A stretch of 64,000 bases of DNA, taken from assembly GCA_040954595.2 (NCBI GenBank), contig CM082578.2, forward strand, positions 2,710,831-2,774,830, in the 5' to 3' direction. Positions 51,401-64,000 of this stretch are shown here, one piece after another. Position numbers and translations under genes: made by a program. The notes under the pieces were generated by a model. The model was given only the letters and a program-made list of their open reading frames with translations. It did not search any database and had not been told where the DNA came from. Origin of the DNA: Balanoglossus misakiensis. Its lineage: Eukaryota; Animalia; Hemichordata. How positions within the stretch are numbered: the first letter of the stretch is position 1; every line of letters begins with the position of its first letter.

Positions 51401-54375
51401 CTGTGCGAACCCGGAAGTGAGTGACGTCAGCAACTTAATTGTGGTACCGTTGTCCGCTGCCGACGCGTTGGAGCGAGCTTATGCTTATACACGCCTGCAC
51501 TCACGCGACCGACGACGTTAGCATGGCAACATATTCTCGGGTAGTAGGCTACAATTTTGAACCAGAGATTCCCTTCTACGACCAAGCGACTGAATTTTAC
51601 AGAGGACAAAAGTTCATGCAGTTCTGATCTCCGATGTGTCCCGTTTGTCAAGGCTTACACTTGGTGTGGTTTCAGTGAAACCATAGACCCTAGGGTCTAT
51701 GGTGAAACAGACAATGCTGTTAACAATACCCTCCCTTGTTGTCTCTCCCTCGTTGTCACCTTTTTGAACCACTTTTCTTACAATAATACTTTGTCACCGT
51801 TTATGGAGTTGAAAAGAACGCAGGTGCATCGTCCTGCTCTCCAGGTGTAGTACGTCCGTAGTATAATGGAGCCAATGCCATAGCTATTCTATGCATGTTT
51901 CGTCTCTTGAAATGTATTAAAACTGCCCTTTTTAGTTGCTTTCATTTGATAACTATGCGATCGTCAATAAATGGAAATTAAACCCAAATACGTGTACCAA
52001 AAAACGTGCAGGAAGGATTTAAAACGGTACGGTTATTATTATCAGGGGCAGTTAGAACAACTTTGTATAGGCCTTACGGTTTGTTCATAAACGTCGACAT
52101 GCATGGCATCGTGAACATTGCAGGGTCTATGTCTGCACGCATCGACAAATACAATACACGTAGAGCATTGCCTTTGAAAGACACTTATCCCCGTCGATTT
52201 TCCGAATATGTTTTTGAAATCATGAACTTGACATTTCGCCATGTCAGATCCGCGCAAAATGTGTCTGTTTATGTCGAACGTGTAAGAGCGCTGCGCGTCG
52301 ACTGCAACGCAAGTTGCTGACGTCACTGTAGTATTTTCAACTCGCGTCTTCTGCTTGCGCAGGAAGTGAAAGTGAATTAACCCATCGGAACGTTGCCGTT
52401 TTTGACACCTGGTTTGTACTTTGAAGCCCAAAATTGTGGGTGTCGTTCCAGTTTAAGGGTTTAGAATGCTTACAAGTGTATAGTTCACTGTCTTCATCTG
52501 CATGGACTAATGGTAGTACAGTTTGAAACAAAAATTATGATAATTATCCCATAAGTTGCAGCTTATGTGCCTTTAATCATTCTATCTATTTCAAGTTCAT
52601 TATTGGTCATTACTGTAGGTTCTGCTTGTTACAAGTTTTAGAAACACCTGTGTTTTGTTGGCACATGATTCAACATTACACACAACATGTGTCCCTTTTG
52701 TGTAAAAGACAATTTTGTTGTTTTGGGATGATTTACAACTATATGCACAGATTCAGTGTGTAAGGTTGGCTGATCCAGAGTTTAAACTCAAAATGATTAA
52801 ATCTTGCCAACAAAATGCCAGGATGTAAAGGTCACACAGGGGTCAAGATTCACCATACCTTTCAGCAGCATTTCTCCACCACGTTTTCAACACTCTGGCT
52901 TTTTGGCTGAAAGCGGTTAGCGCCTCATTCATTTGTTCGAAATGTTGGTGGTACTCGTTCTTGGTATTTTCATGCTGCAGATTATCCCAGCTGAAAGAAA
53001 CCCAAGACATTACAACATTAGAGATACTGTAAAACATGTTATTTTCGCGAGTCAAAATTTTCGCGATATCGAGAGAGGCAACTGTTACGCGAGAATTAAT
53101 TTTCGCGTTCTCATGCACATTGTTCTTTCACAACTATATTTTGCGTATTTTTTGCTCTCCCGTACTTCGCTTAAATTTATTGCTCGCAAAAATAACCTGT
53201 TCCACAGTAGTTGATAGTATGCACAAGACTCATGGGCTCAAACTGACTCATATTTCAGCAATTTACAGGTTATTTTCAGTGATTTCCAAAATTGTTAGAC
53301 ACGTATGTGCACCCTCTTCAAGAAACTGCCACATTCTTGGTATATACACACAAAAATGAAAGCTAAGACATTATTGAAAAAGACGCAATTTAAAAGACAC
53401 ATAATTCTTCAATGCTGTTCATTCAGTATTTGAATTAATCTACCTCTTTTACCACATTGGTGGTTTGATCCAAATGTTGTTTTCAATGGGAAAGTCTGGC
53501 CAATATACATACAAACAGGGGTGGCCCCTGATGAGAAAATGCAATGGACCATATTGGCCCCTACACGCCAACAACAATTTAAATTCTGGGTCAGAACTAC
53601 TATAATATTTGCAGACACCTTTTCAATTTTGGTGGACCCAATTTTCATTTATATGGACCCAATTTATACAAAATTTGGCTGAGGCGATTTGCAGCCAGAC
53701 CACTTTTTTTGTCATTTGGGTGCATTTTGACGACTTCATCCGTATTTTCCTGGGTGATGCAACTCTGTCGACGCACTCAGAGCATTTTCACTGCTTTAAT
53801 TCCCTTTTTTACAATGAGTGACAGTTGACAAAATGACTTCCACATGATTAGACCGTTTCGTTTTGGTTGGCACAAAAACTCTAAGACCATGTTCCTTTTG
53901 GGTGTACATTATTTTTGAACTGCTTGAGACTGGGCCAACCAGTCATGCAGTACATGATGACTACAATACTGTCATGAGATACCACATGTACAATGTGCAA
54001 ATAATACGAGTGCGCTCTGATTGAAATGAAAATTGTGCAAAATATAAAATGTGAATATTATAGTTCTGACCACATAATTAGACCGCTTAATTTTTGTTCT
54101 CACAAAGGTGCCACTGAAGTATCATGAACTGCGGTATATTCAACTTTGCACATATATACAAGTGTACGCCACACCTACCTTGTCTCCTGCTCCAATGTCT
54201 TGAAAGTATCGGCCAGTTTCGTAAAATCATGTAACATTGCCTCGTTTTGTGAAATCCATTCTAATTGGATTTGTAGCCGTTCTTGTTTCCTCAGAAGGAT
54301 CATTTTCTGGCTGCTATACATCTCTGCAAGTTCTTCCATTGTTAACTTTTTCTCTTTAATGTGCTTGTGCTGAAC
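45416..54375 (-). CDS. Candidate spliced gene for a small coiled-coil protein of unknown family
   Basis: Exons 54375-54179, 52990-52859, 45458-45416 each with polypyrimidine-CAG acceptor, GT donors and matching phase-2 joins; gives ..MEELAEMYSSQKMILLRKQERLQIQLEW..ETSWDNLQHE..AAERYEKLDAGLQDGEH*. Confidence 0.5.
46655..46985. mobile_element. Crypton-like element end with a ~45-bp-arm hairpin
   Basis: AATCTCACACACCAAGGACCTGGGATCATATTT..AAATATGATCCCAGGTCCTTGGGTGTGTGAGATT (46873-46977); the same end recurs at ~58367-58417. Confidence 0.55.
48957..50862 (+). mobile_element. Helentron-type non-autonomous element of the same family, with a doubled hairpin end
   Basis: TAGGGCCCAAGCGC..GCGCTTGGGCCCTA and TAGGGCACAAGCGCC..GGCGCTTGTGCCCTA hairpins, body reverse-complementary to the nest units, ends GCTGCTTGCAGCTATATT. 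Confidence 0.85.
49691..50065. mobile_element. AcademH-type MITE nested in the Helentron element
   Basis: ~70-bp TIRs TAGTCTGGTCCCCTGCCCC..GGGGCAGGGGACCAGACTA; perfect 9-bp TSD TCCTGTACA; single site in sister copies (e.g. ~39471). Confidence 0.9.
50888..52572. mobile_element. Internally deleted Kolobok DNA transposon, family 3
   Basis: TTAA-AGGTACATGAGCTGCAACT..AGTTGCAGCTTATGTGCCT-TTAA; inward-facing gene stubs MATYSRVVGYNFEPE (+, 51523) and MAKCQVHDFKN..GISVF (-, 52242). Confidence 0.88.
53027..53207. mobile_element. Tc1/mariner-pogo-like MITE
   Basis: TA-CTGTAAAACATGTTATTTTCGCGAG..CTCGCAAAAATAACCTGTTCCACAG-TA. Confidence 0.8.
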
Positions 54376-54597
54376 CTGAGGAAAAAACAAAACAAGCTTT
54401 AAACATTGCCTGTAGAAGAAATGTTTCCAGTGTCTTGCCTGCTCCCCTGCCCCATTCCCACTGCTGGCTGTGCCAGCTAAAAGGCAAGGGTCAGTTACTG
54501 GCCGCCATCTTGCACAAATTTCTGGTCAGCCATGCCCAGGATGGCTGCTTCTAATGTTCGCACACAGGTACTGTCAAAGTCAGGTGCACCACACAAG

Positions 54598-54661
54598 ATC
54601 CATCCATCCATCCATCCATCCATACATACATACATACATACATGTACATATATACATACAT
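54598..54661. repeat. (CATC)n(CATA)n microsatellite
   Basis: Directly visible. Confidence 0.9.
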
Positions 54662-54876
54662 TTAATGTGCATACTTACAAAAACACAACACATCACTGCA
54701 AGTGACACAACAATGACCAGCACCCACCACCAAAAAGCCTGGAACTGGAAAGTAAAATATAACTGATAAGTGATAATGCACCTCTATACCAAATACAGAT
54801 CTTACACATATTTAAAGTTTTTTGTAGAGAACAAAGATACATACACAAACACACACATAATTGCATACATACATAA

Positions 54877-55662
54877 GGGACTGTTCAGTTTTTACGGCTG
54901 GGGGGGGGGGGGGGCGGCAAGTTTGTGTCATGGGTTTTTAAAATCAGGCTGACCCCCCCCCCCTCCCTTCACCCAGGACCAAAAAATGATGACCCCCCCC
55001 CTATGACAGGCCCAAATATATGATGACCTCCCCCCCCCCACGCCGAAAACATTCGCCGTCCCGATCCTATGTACATGTACACTGTATGCAATGAAGTGAA
55101 TGAGGCTCCTAACACCTCGATTATACATTTCTTAAAGTAATTGAAGCATATAATAGTATATCGTTGCAATAAAGAAATCTATGAACAAATTAAAATGACA
55201 AGTCAATACAATAGTTGGTAGGATTGGTAAAACAAGAAAAGTGTCGGGGTTGGGCGTGGGAGGGGGTGTCCCCCTCCAACATAAGAAAATTTTGTAAAAT
55301 ACAGTGCTCAAAGTTGCATTTTAATGAACTCAAATGCAAATTAACTCAATGTTGGGGGAGGACCAATTTTACCTTTGCCATTCCACTCAAAGTAAGCATC
55401 GGTGGGATAGGGTTGGCAAGTACTCTGCCCACGTACATTAGACAAAGCAGCCAATAAATGAAATGTGGCAAAGAATGGAGGGGGTATCCCCCTCCCACAT
55501 TAGAAAATTTTGTAAATTCAAGGGCGTGAAACTGCAATTTTGTGGACTCAAAAGCAACAGTTCGCCGTGTTCAGTGGCATAAGTATGTGACCCTCACCCC
55601 CCTCAAAACGTTTAAAAAAAGATGACCCCCCTTTTGGACTTCAAAATCAAAGTTATCCCCCC
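54877..55662. mobile_element. Harbinger-type MITE, truncated inverted copy of 62598-63492
   Basis: TAA-GGGACTGTTCAGTTTTTACGGC then G/C tracts; reverse-complement match to the 62598 element; right TIR missing. Confidence 0.82.
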
Positions 55663-56294
55663 TTATCAGAAGCGATTTTCACAAATGTAGACAAAAGTAC
55701 AGCAGATCCAGCGAATCACCAGTTCAAATACCTTCTGTATGGCACAGATCGCTTGCAGAGGTCACAGAGTTCTGTTATAATTGCATATGTTTCTTTAGGT
55801 TTTAAGAAAACCCAAGTTTCAATTGTGGCATTTCGATACTCAATACTGTGATAAGTCAGAGACGATGCATCCCAGAGACGGCAGTTTATTGGAAAAAATT
55901 ACTCAACATTTGTTATGTTTGATCAGTTTTTCAGTGATATAGCTCTATAGTTGTGAGATCGTATCGGCTGTATTTGAGAAAACTGACAAAAATGAGTGAG
56001 ATATTTTCGTAATTTCCCAAATATAATCCCACACTCTCGATCCCACACTCCCAGTTGCCAGGAGTGTGAGAATGCATATAAAGGCACACACAGGCACAAA
56101 TACAAGTGCTGTGCCTGGGTGTATTTAAATTGGCTGTTTACTCTATAGGTTCTCTCCAGAATATGTCTTTATTGCCAGTGTTATTGACATATCGTGTTGT
56201 TCTACATACATACATGCATGTACATAAAAATTGTGCACATGTGTATTAAACACCGTAGCGTAGATGGGGCCATGACAGCAACTGAAGATCCTAG

Positions 56295-57791
56295 TAGTCC
56301 TGTTTCAAAATGACCTACATTACAGGTCCTATGCACACGTATTACATGTTCTGATTGGTTTATCTGCTTCTCTAAGGTCCACTTGCGGCTCGCTGATTGG
56401 AGGGACCTTATGTGTTAGGTCTTATTACTATGTATTATTCACCAGACCTTGTAGGTTAGGTCTTATTACTATGCATTATTCACTTTACAGCTCCCTGATT
56501 GGTTAATGTGTAGGTCTGGTCCTCCAGTGTTCACTGCCTCATTATGCAGGACCTTGTAGGTTAGGTCTTATTAATATGTATTTATTCACCATACAGCTCC
56601 CTGATTGGTTAACGTGTCAGTCTGGTCCCCCAGTGTTCACTGCCTCATTGTGAAATGTCCCATGTGCTTCCTGGCTAGCGTTGTGGTAACACATTATTCG
56701 AGGTGTCCGCAGATCGTTCATTGATTTTCTGAGAAATAGCCTGACTGATACTATCTCCAACATAAACCGCACCCTGGAAAGATTAAATGATCTTTTAGGT
56801 GAACTTTGAAAATCTGATTAACTCATCTAAGCATTTTAGCTAACAGTTGTATTTTTTTTAATCACCCTCCTACTTCTCACCATCAATTTTATTATTGTTG
56901 TTATTACTATTTTAAAGTAAATTTGTTTTGACGAAGATGTTGTGATAAGGAGCACGTCGTCCGTTTATACATTCGTATATTGTTTTCATAAAAATGGAAC
57001 TATGATGGTGCAGCTTCGTGAAAGAAATACAATAAAAGTAATCATACCTGTAAAGCAACTAATGAGGTTTCCCAAAGAAATGCAATGCTATTCTAAACAT
57101 TTCTATTGTAAGATATTTTTGGTTTGCTCGAATGAATAGCACACACTTCGTATTCAGCCAGGTGTTACACGAAGTGATGCGCTGAAAGACATTACGTAAC
57201 AAAACACTAGCCCATTTCAACAAACCGCCACTGGAAATAAATGCGAAATTTCTCCTGGCAATTTTTATTTCGAGTATCTAGTTCACAGTATCACATAAAA
57301 TGCCATGAATAGTGAAGGAAAAGGTGAAATCCAATCATTATATGAGTGCCTTTCTTTATACACTGGGATCGATCGCGAGCTTCGACCATGCGCAGGTAGC
57401 ATGCCAGACAGAATACGACAACAGTATTCAGAAAGTACAAAAGACTTTGCATAACGAGGCAGTGAAAACTGGAGACCTACACATTAACCAATCAGGGAGC
57501 TGAAAATTGAATAAATGCATATAAATAAGACCTAACCTACAAGGTCCTGCATAATGAGGCAGTGAACACTGGAGGACCAGACCTACACATTAACCAATCA
57601 GGGAGCTGTAAAGTGAATAATACATAGTAATAAGACCTAACCTACAAGGTCTAGTGAATAATACATAATGATAAGACCTAACACATATGGTCGCTCCAAT
57701 CAGCGTGCCGCAAGTGGACCTAAGATTACCAGATGGACCAATCACAGATGTCGGTACATATGTCATGGACCTGACTTATGAAACAGGACTA
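56295..57791. mobile_element. Foldback element with ~350-bp modular inverted arms and TAG..CTA termini (Academ-like)
   Basis: TAGTCCTGTTTCA..TGAAACAGGACTA; arms ~56295-56650 and ~57447-57791 built from subrepeats (AGGTCTTATT, CTGATTGGTT); flanks CTAG/GTAG. Confidence 0.75.
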
Positions 57792-60700
57792 GTAGGTCGT
57801 GCCGACTGCAGTTGGGTTTGCTCTGGTATGAAGGGACATATTCTCATTGGGGGGGGGGGGCACCAACTCGGTCCGACGACCGCTTTCCTTTAAATATTGT
57901 ATGAAAGTACACTTGGCTAAGAGTAAGAGGTCAGAACAATCATTTAGCTACTTACATTAGGCTTTTCTGGGTAGTGGGGACAAAGGTTAACTGATAACAA
58001 CTAACACATAGTTGTGCTAGAACAATACATTTTTTGACCACAAATTGTCTGTTCTCTGAAGCCTGTGCTTTTGTGTGTGTAAAATTACTGGAGTCCATCA
58101 CATTTAGCAAGTGTAAGAGTACACTGCAGAAGGCTATCTGTGACTGGTACATGTATACATGTGTGAGTAGCACTTGAGTTGTACATATTTCACAATCTGA
58201 CAGTTATATAAACATGTTGACTGGCCATGAGCATATGTCTGTAACCTGAGGGACTGTAAGTCACCCCCCCCCCCCCTTACAAAAAAAAAACCACAGACTG
58301 TTTCACGAGGCCTTCGATATTTTGTCCCACACGAGCAACAGGCAGGTGTGGGAGGGAAAATCCCCAACTCGTGTGAGAAATATGATCCCAGGTCCTTGGG
58401 AGTGTGAGATTCTATTAGTCAACGACATGTCACAAACTGCAACTGTGAAAATAGTAGACATAAAATTAACAGGTAGCAGATATCATTTGCAAGACAATTG
58501 TTCAAACATTGTCAAACTGTTGTGCATGCGCAGAGAATACATAATAGCCCATACCATTCGCAGACATCATTTCCTCTTAAGAGGTATCAAAAATTCCAAC
58601 GTTCATTTCATTTCGCATACCTTTTTTGAAAACAAATGAGAAAAAATTCCCCGCAAATTTCCAGAAAATGGTGCCATAAACAACTAAAATTAACAAAAAA
58701 ATGGGTGTTTTCTTCTAAAATCAAACTACTGATTTGTCTAACTTCATGGTCAACTTGATGAAAATATGTTCTTATACCATTAAAATTGTTACTGTTTTCA
58801 TGTGTGGTTGCAGAAGTTTCATGACTAGCTCAATCAAATAAAATGAAAATCTGTTCCTGAATGCTCATTATGGAAGCCCTCTCTCACTGACCTCCAGGTT
58901 AATTCTCATTCAAGATCTGGTCCAGATGACAGGCTAAATCTGGCAGAACATGTCATTACTACATGATTTTGTATACTGAGTCTTTTTGCAATGCCAAAAG
59001 TTTGTTTTTTAAAAACCCAATATTTCCTTTATGTTGCTTTAACTGTTCACTCTCGTGAGCCTCTGTAGTTCGAATTTGACATCTACATGTACATATCCAA
59101 CCAATAGAGGGCGCTGTCACGTATTTGAAAGTCCATGACCCACCTTATGTGTGACTTAATTGCATGTAGTACACTCATGTCACAGATAGCCATCTCAGGC
59201 ACTCAAAAATTCATACTAGTATTAGCTATATCCCCATTTGCCAGAATGTAGCATATATTATTTTGTTTCCATCATTGCAGAATCTGATTGAACAATGCTT
59301 AAAAACTTGCCAGGGCAGAAAACATCAGTAATGGTTTGTTACATAAAGTATGTACAATAAAAGGTACATTTCCATAACGATTATCATCAGTGGTTCAGTT
59401 AATGCAAAATCCTGCATATTTCACAATATTTGACCATAATTACACAAAGATAATGAAGGATGCATACACCACAAGTGCAAATTTGCAAATTGTATTCAGC
59501 AAGGCTTACAAGATACGAATAATGCAGAAATACACAGAAATGTTACAATTTTCACTCAGGCAACATGACATTAATATATAAAACTTTGTAATAATGTACC
59601 GGTACGGTGGTGTTCTATTACAGTTTTTCAATTGCCTGGACGCAATTTTGTTAAATTTATGCATAGTAAATTCGAAATGCATATTGAAGTCCGCAAAGGA
59701 AAATAATCAAATGGAACTTCTGTATCATGTGATTGAACTTGTATGAACATACAACATGACAGACATTTCAGGACAATCAGCCTACTGGTATCTGACAAGC
59801 TCCAAGTAGAGATGAAAAGCGGATATTCATATAGAAGCTTTAAAAGAAGCTTTAAAAGCACATAGTCACTTGTGCCATGTGTGAACAAAATGTGTTTGGC
59901 TATTTCTGGGTTACAGATATGAAAAGAGAATTCACTTTCAGGCTATCTACCATTGTTGTGAATCACTTACCATGCAACGCAACACGCTCACTTTTTCGTC
60001 TCGTGCTCCTGCTCTATGTCTGCGGACACTTTGCCTATGCCTAATTCTCTGTAAATGAAATAGGAAGAATAATCATTTAGGATTATAAAAGACGCTTTCA
60101 GGAATTGCAGCACAGTGTCAATTGTCAAAGTCCTAAATGCTCAAACCTGATATTTTGAAGCAATGATAGGGGGGAACAGGGCGGTGCATGGTACAAAACC
60201 ATTTATGCATGCTACATGTAAGTCACATCACATGGCATGACGGCCATTGGAGCAATGAGTTTTTAGCCCATTTTAGAAAAATGCTGGCTGATTGCTGGTT
60301 GCTATGTGTGTGTTTCGATTGAGAAGTCTTTGCAGCAATGTTCAAGAGTGTGTATTGGCAGTTCCCTTCCCCCTAAAACATTTTGATCAACTCTAATGAT
60401 GCAAAAAATTCCCTTCCCCAAAGTTGCCCTGGCCTTCACAGTGCATAACAAAAACAGAGGCACATGAAGAAATATGCCACACGGCTTTGACAGACATTGG
60501 CTGTGCAGTCAAGTTTCCATGGACAAAAGTTGACTCAACGGTAAATGTATGTTGGTAGACACCATGAATGTTCAGTCTTACAGTTAACCAGTACATGTAT
60601 TTCAGAAACAGCTTTTCACAAAATTCATGAAAAAAGCTCAAAAAAGAGAGATTTTGTCCATTTACAACTGGAAGAGCTATAGTCACCTCCACTCATGGGA

Positions 60701-61002
60701 TTTGGTCAGCCATCGGTTTAGCAACATGTCACCCATACCATTCATTGGCATCATGTTTCCATGATAGATGACTATTGTCACTATCACCAACATATTCAAA
60801 GATAATTGACTTATTTGGTATCTGATCACAGCTCCCAGTATACACATTAATATATTTACCCGACAAACTAATGGAATTTTAAAGACAGCATGCTCATAAT
60901 ACAGACAGCGAAATTCAAACAAGCAACCTCTTAAATGTCAAATCTGTTACAGAATTACTACCAGAAGAAGAGTTCTCACCAAAAATCCAAATGATCAGAA
61001 TT

Positions 61003-61241
61003 AGGCCCCCCCCCCAAAAAAAAATGAGCTGTTCCAATTACTTGGTTTTCAAAAATAGGGTAGGTAGGTAGGGATATTTTTTTATTTTGCTATTTTTTTA
61101 TTTCTCATTTTTCATAAATTTTGTATATTTGACATCGTTATTTTTACTTCTAGATTTACGAAGCTCTAAAAAGTTTAGGGTCGGCGGGGTTAAAATAAGG
61201 GTAGGTGGGGTAATCGTAACAGCACGTTTTTATTTTGGCCT
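61003..61241. mobile_element. Degenerate MITE with AGGCC..GGCCT termini
   Basis: AGGCC..AAAAAAATGAGCTGTTCCAATTAC vs GTAATCGTAACAGCACGTTTTTATTTTGGCCT. Confidence 0.55.
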
Positions 61242-62597
61242 TCAGTATTGTGTTCACAAATATATAAATATGCATAGTAAATACCAACTTATCAGTATTA
61301 TTAAACCCAAAACTAAATATATTTGTTGTAATTGCATTTCAAAATTAACATACCTTATAGTTTTCCTCCAAAATCTGTGGCCTGATTGAACCATATTTGG
61401 GAGAGTAGTATTCCCGATCCCACATATCTAAAAGGATGACAAATAACAAATGTCATTATTTCAAATAAACTGGTATCATACCAGGTGTGCTTCCTCGTGT
61501 TCACATACGCTTATTTGCAAGTTGAATATTGTTATCGATGTAAACTGTTAAAGTCTGAGACAGTAAATTGTACTAGTTTACTGGTCGAGGAATTACAGGC
61601 CAACAGTTATATATAATTACAACTTGAAGCTGTCTAAGGGAGCTATCATTATTTATTTTGGGCCTGAAGAGGTGTTGGAGGAATTTCACCAGGCACATAT
61701 GCATGCCAAACCAGGCCTGTTGCTGGATTATAACCAAAGGTGTAAACGTACCCGCCTTATTGGTCAACACACAGAGAAACATAGAAAAATATGAGATGTT
61801 TATTGGAGGGCCAATATCAGGGGCATACTTCGCCATATTACTCACTGTCTTAGCCCCGTGTAACGCCTGGAACACACAGACCTGTACGCAGGGCTGTAAC
61901 TGCCTATACTACAGAGTTTTACTCACATGCATGCGGATTTTTACGTGGAATTGTGTGTGGACGGCGTCTAATGTTTCCGTCAATACACACATTCTACATT
62001 ATACTCACAAGGTAAAACCTCGAGCTACGATTCTGCAGGCGTTTTGGTTTAGTCGTGTATCACATCATATCGTGGCTGAAAACTGTATTCTACCTGTCTC
62101 ATCATTGCTTGGACCATGACTCCTTGATTCAGCTCGACATGACTCAAGTTGAAGACACAATAAATCAATATAAATATTACTGCTGGTCGACGCACCGACA
62201 CTCGAGTCTCATGAGTCATGGCGATCGAGTGCTTTTGTGACAGGCCAAAGGTCAACCCTGTTGAGGGCGTGCTCCGGTTATAACCTTATAATACTGTACT
62301 ATGAAAATAATTTTCAAGTTGAAAATGAACTGCGGGCGGGAACGTGGGCCTGCACTGGTCGATACCATATTATTTATGGGACTGTCAATGCCGACAACCT
62401 AGTTTAACATGTGTGTCTGCAAAATAGTCCGAGACACAGTCATTGCGGCTTGTTCAACGCCAGAAAATTAAAATACAAACAACTGGCAGAAAACTTGGTG
62501 TGTTTTCGTTTGGATATTCTAAGACTGGAAAACATATCGCTCGAGGGCACTAGCTGAGCTCCGTCATCATTCAGTGGACGGTGAAAAATAGCCGTAA

Positions 62598-63492
62598 GGG
62601 ACCGTTCAGTTTTTACGGCCGGGGGGGGGGCGGCAAAATCCAGGGGGGGGGGGGGTCACTTAAATTTTGAAGTCCTAAAGGGGGGGGGGTCATCTGTTTT
62701 TTTTAAACGTTTAAGGGGGGGGGTCACATACTTTTGCCACCGAACTTTTGCTTTTGAGTCCACAAAATTGCAGTTGCGCGCCCTTTATTTTGCAAAATTT
62801 TCTAATGGTTTGTCTAGTGTACCAGGGCAGAGTGCTTGTCACCCCCCAACCCCACCGATGATATTATTTAACAAAGTAAATATATAAGGGAGAATAATCG
62901 TTTAAACCATTTCGCATAACTGATAGTTTCGCGCTGCATCTTCTATATACTAGAAGTTTTATAAATGATGTCATGACGTGGATGACGCCAAATCTTCTAA
63001 CTTTGAGTGGAGTGGCAAAAGTAAAATTGGTCCTCCCAAAAATTGAGATAATTTGCTTTTGAGTTCATAAAAATGCAACTTTGAGCACCGTATTTTACAA
63101 AATTTTCTTATGTGGGAGGGGGACACCCCCTCCCACGCCCACCCCCGCCACTTTTCTTGTTTTACCAATTCTGGCAACTATTGTATTGACTTGTCATTTT
63201 AATTTGTTCATAGATTTCTTTATTGCAACGATATACTATTATATACTTAAATTACTTTAAGAAATTTATAATTTAGGTGTGAGGAGCCTCATTCCCTTTA
63301 TTGCATACAGTCTACATAGGATCAGGACGGCGAATGTTTTCGGGGGGGGGGGGTCATCATATTTTTTGGTCTGTCAAAGGGGGGGGTCATCATTTTTTGG
63401 TCCTGGACGAAGGGGGGGTCGGCCTGATTTTGAAAACTGATGACACAAAACTTGCCGCCCCCCCCCCCCTGCCGTAAAAACTGAACGGTCCC
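62598..63492. mobile_element. PIF/Harbinger-type MITE, complete
   Basis: TAA-GGGACCGTTCAGTTTTTACGGC..GCCGTAAAAACTGAACGGTCCC-TAA; many G and C homopolymer tracts. Confidence 0.9.
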
Positions 63493-64000
63493 TAAAGTGT
63501 AAATAGTGACACTATAAAAATAATGGCGGCTGGACAGCGAAAGCCAATAATAAATATTTCCAAAGGTGGTCAGCAGAAAAGTGGAGTTCGCTCATTTGTC
63601 AATTGTGGCAAATGCTGTATAGACACGGAGCAAGTACGCGAGAATACTAATGCGTGAATATTCGTAAAATTGAAAGTCTTGTCACTTCTCTTTACAAGTT
63701 GCTGGTTGTTTACACTCCTTTGTAAGCATTTTTTCGATCGCTAATAAATTGCAGGGGGTTAAAACGTGCTTGGTTTTGAAATTCAAGGCCGTGAGATTAG
63801 TCGATCATAATAAAAATAAAAACTACCGAGGCAACAATTTTCCGTTTTCCCCTTGGGTGAACATATTCAACGGAGTTTATCCTCGAAATTGAGCGCGTTG
63901 GCTATTCAATTGTTTTCTACCATTCAATTTTAATTCATTTGACTGAGTTATGGGTAGACCTAAACGTTCATGAAAATGACAATAGCAGACGCGGGTTTTC

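Noticed and set aside
61658-62119. 153-aa plus-strand ORF
   Set aside because: Non-ATG start, no motifs, no clear splice context

Overview
AT-rich, repeat-dense animal genomic DNA with spliceosomal introns and no prokaryotic features; the transposon spectrum suggests a marine invertebrate (inference only). Host genes: (i) a 10-exon SLC22/organic-cation-transporter-like gene at 15321-21112 (+) with a frameshift in exon 9, plus a direct partial duplicate of exons 1-3 (22109-24339) and an inverted partial duplicate of exons 4-5 (13047-14167); (ii) two damaged paralogues of an unrecognised secreted Cys-rich protein (3614-5054 and 12522-~12985); (iii) a candidate 3-exon coiled-coil gene on the minus strand (54375-45416) whose stop codon lies in an 87-bp tandem repeat containing only in-frame UGA stops. 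The rest is mobile DNA: the 5' end of a CR1/L2-group LINE, a truncated L2, Rex1, RTE and Ngaro-like relics, Kolobok (TTAA), AcademH (9-bp TSD), Harbinger (TAA), Tc1-like and Crypton-like elements, and three 1.58-kb units set in a (TAA)n tract. The most striking structure is a 7-kb four-level 'Russian-doll' nest of Helentron-type non-autonomous elements (36782-43723), whose internal repeats carry perfect AGGTCA DR1+DR4 motifs. All calls are by eye; no database searches were run.
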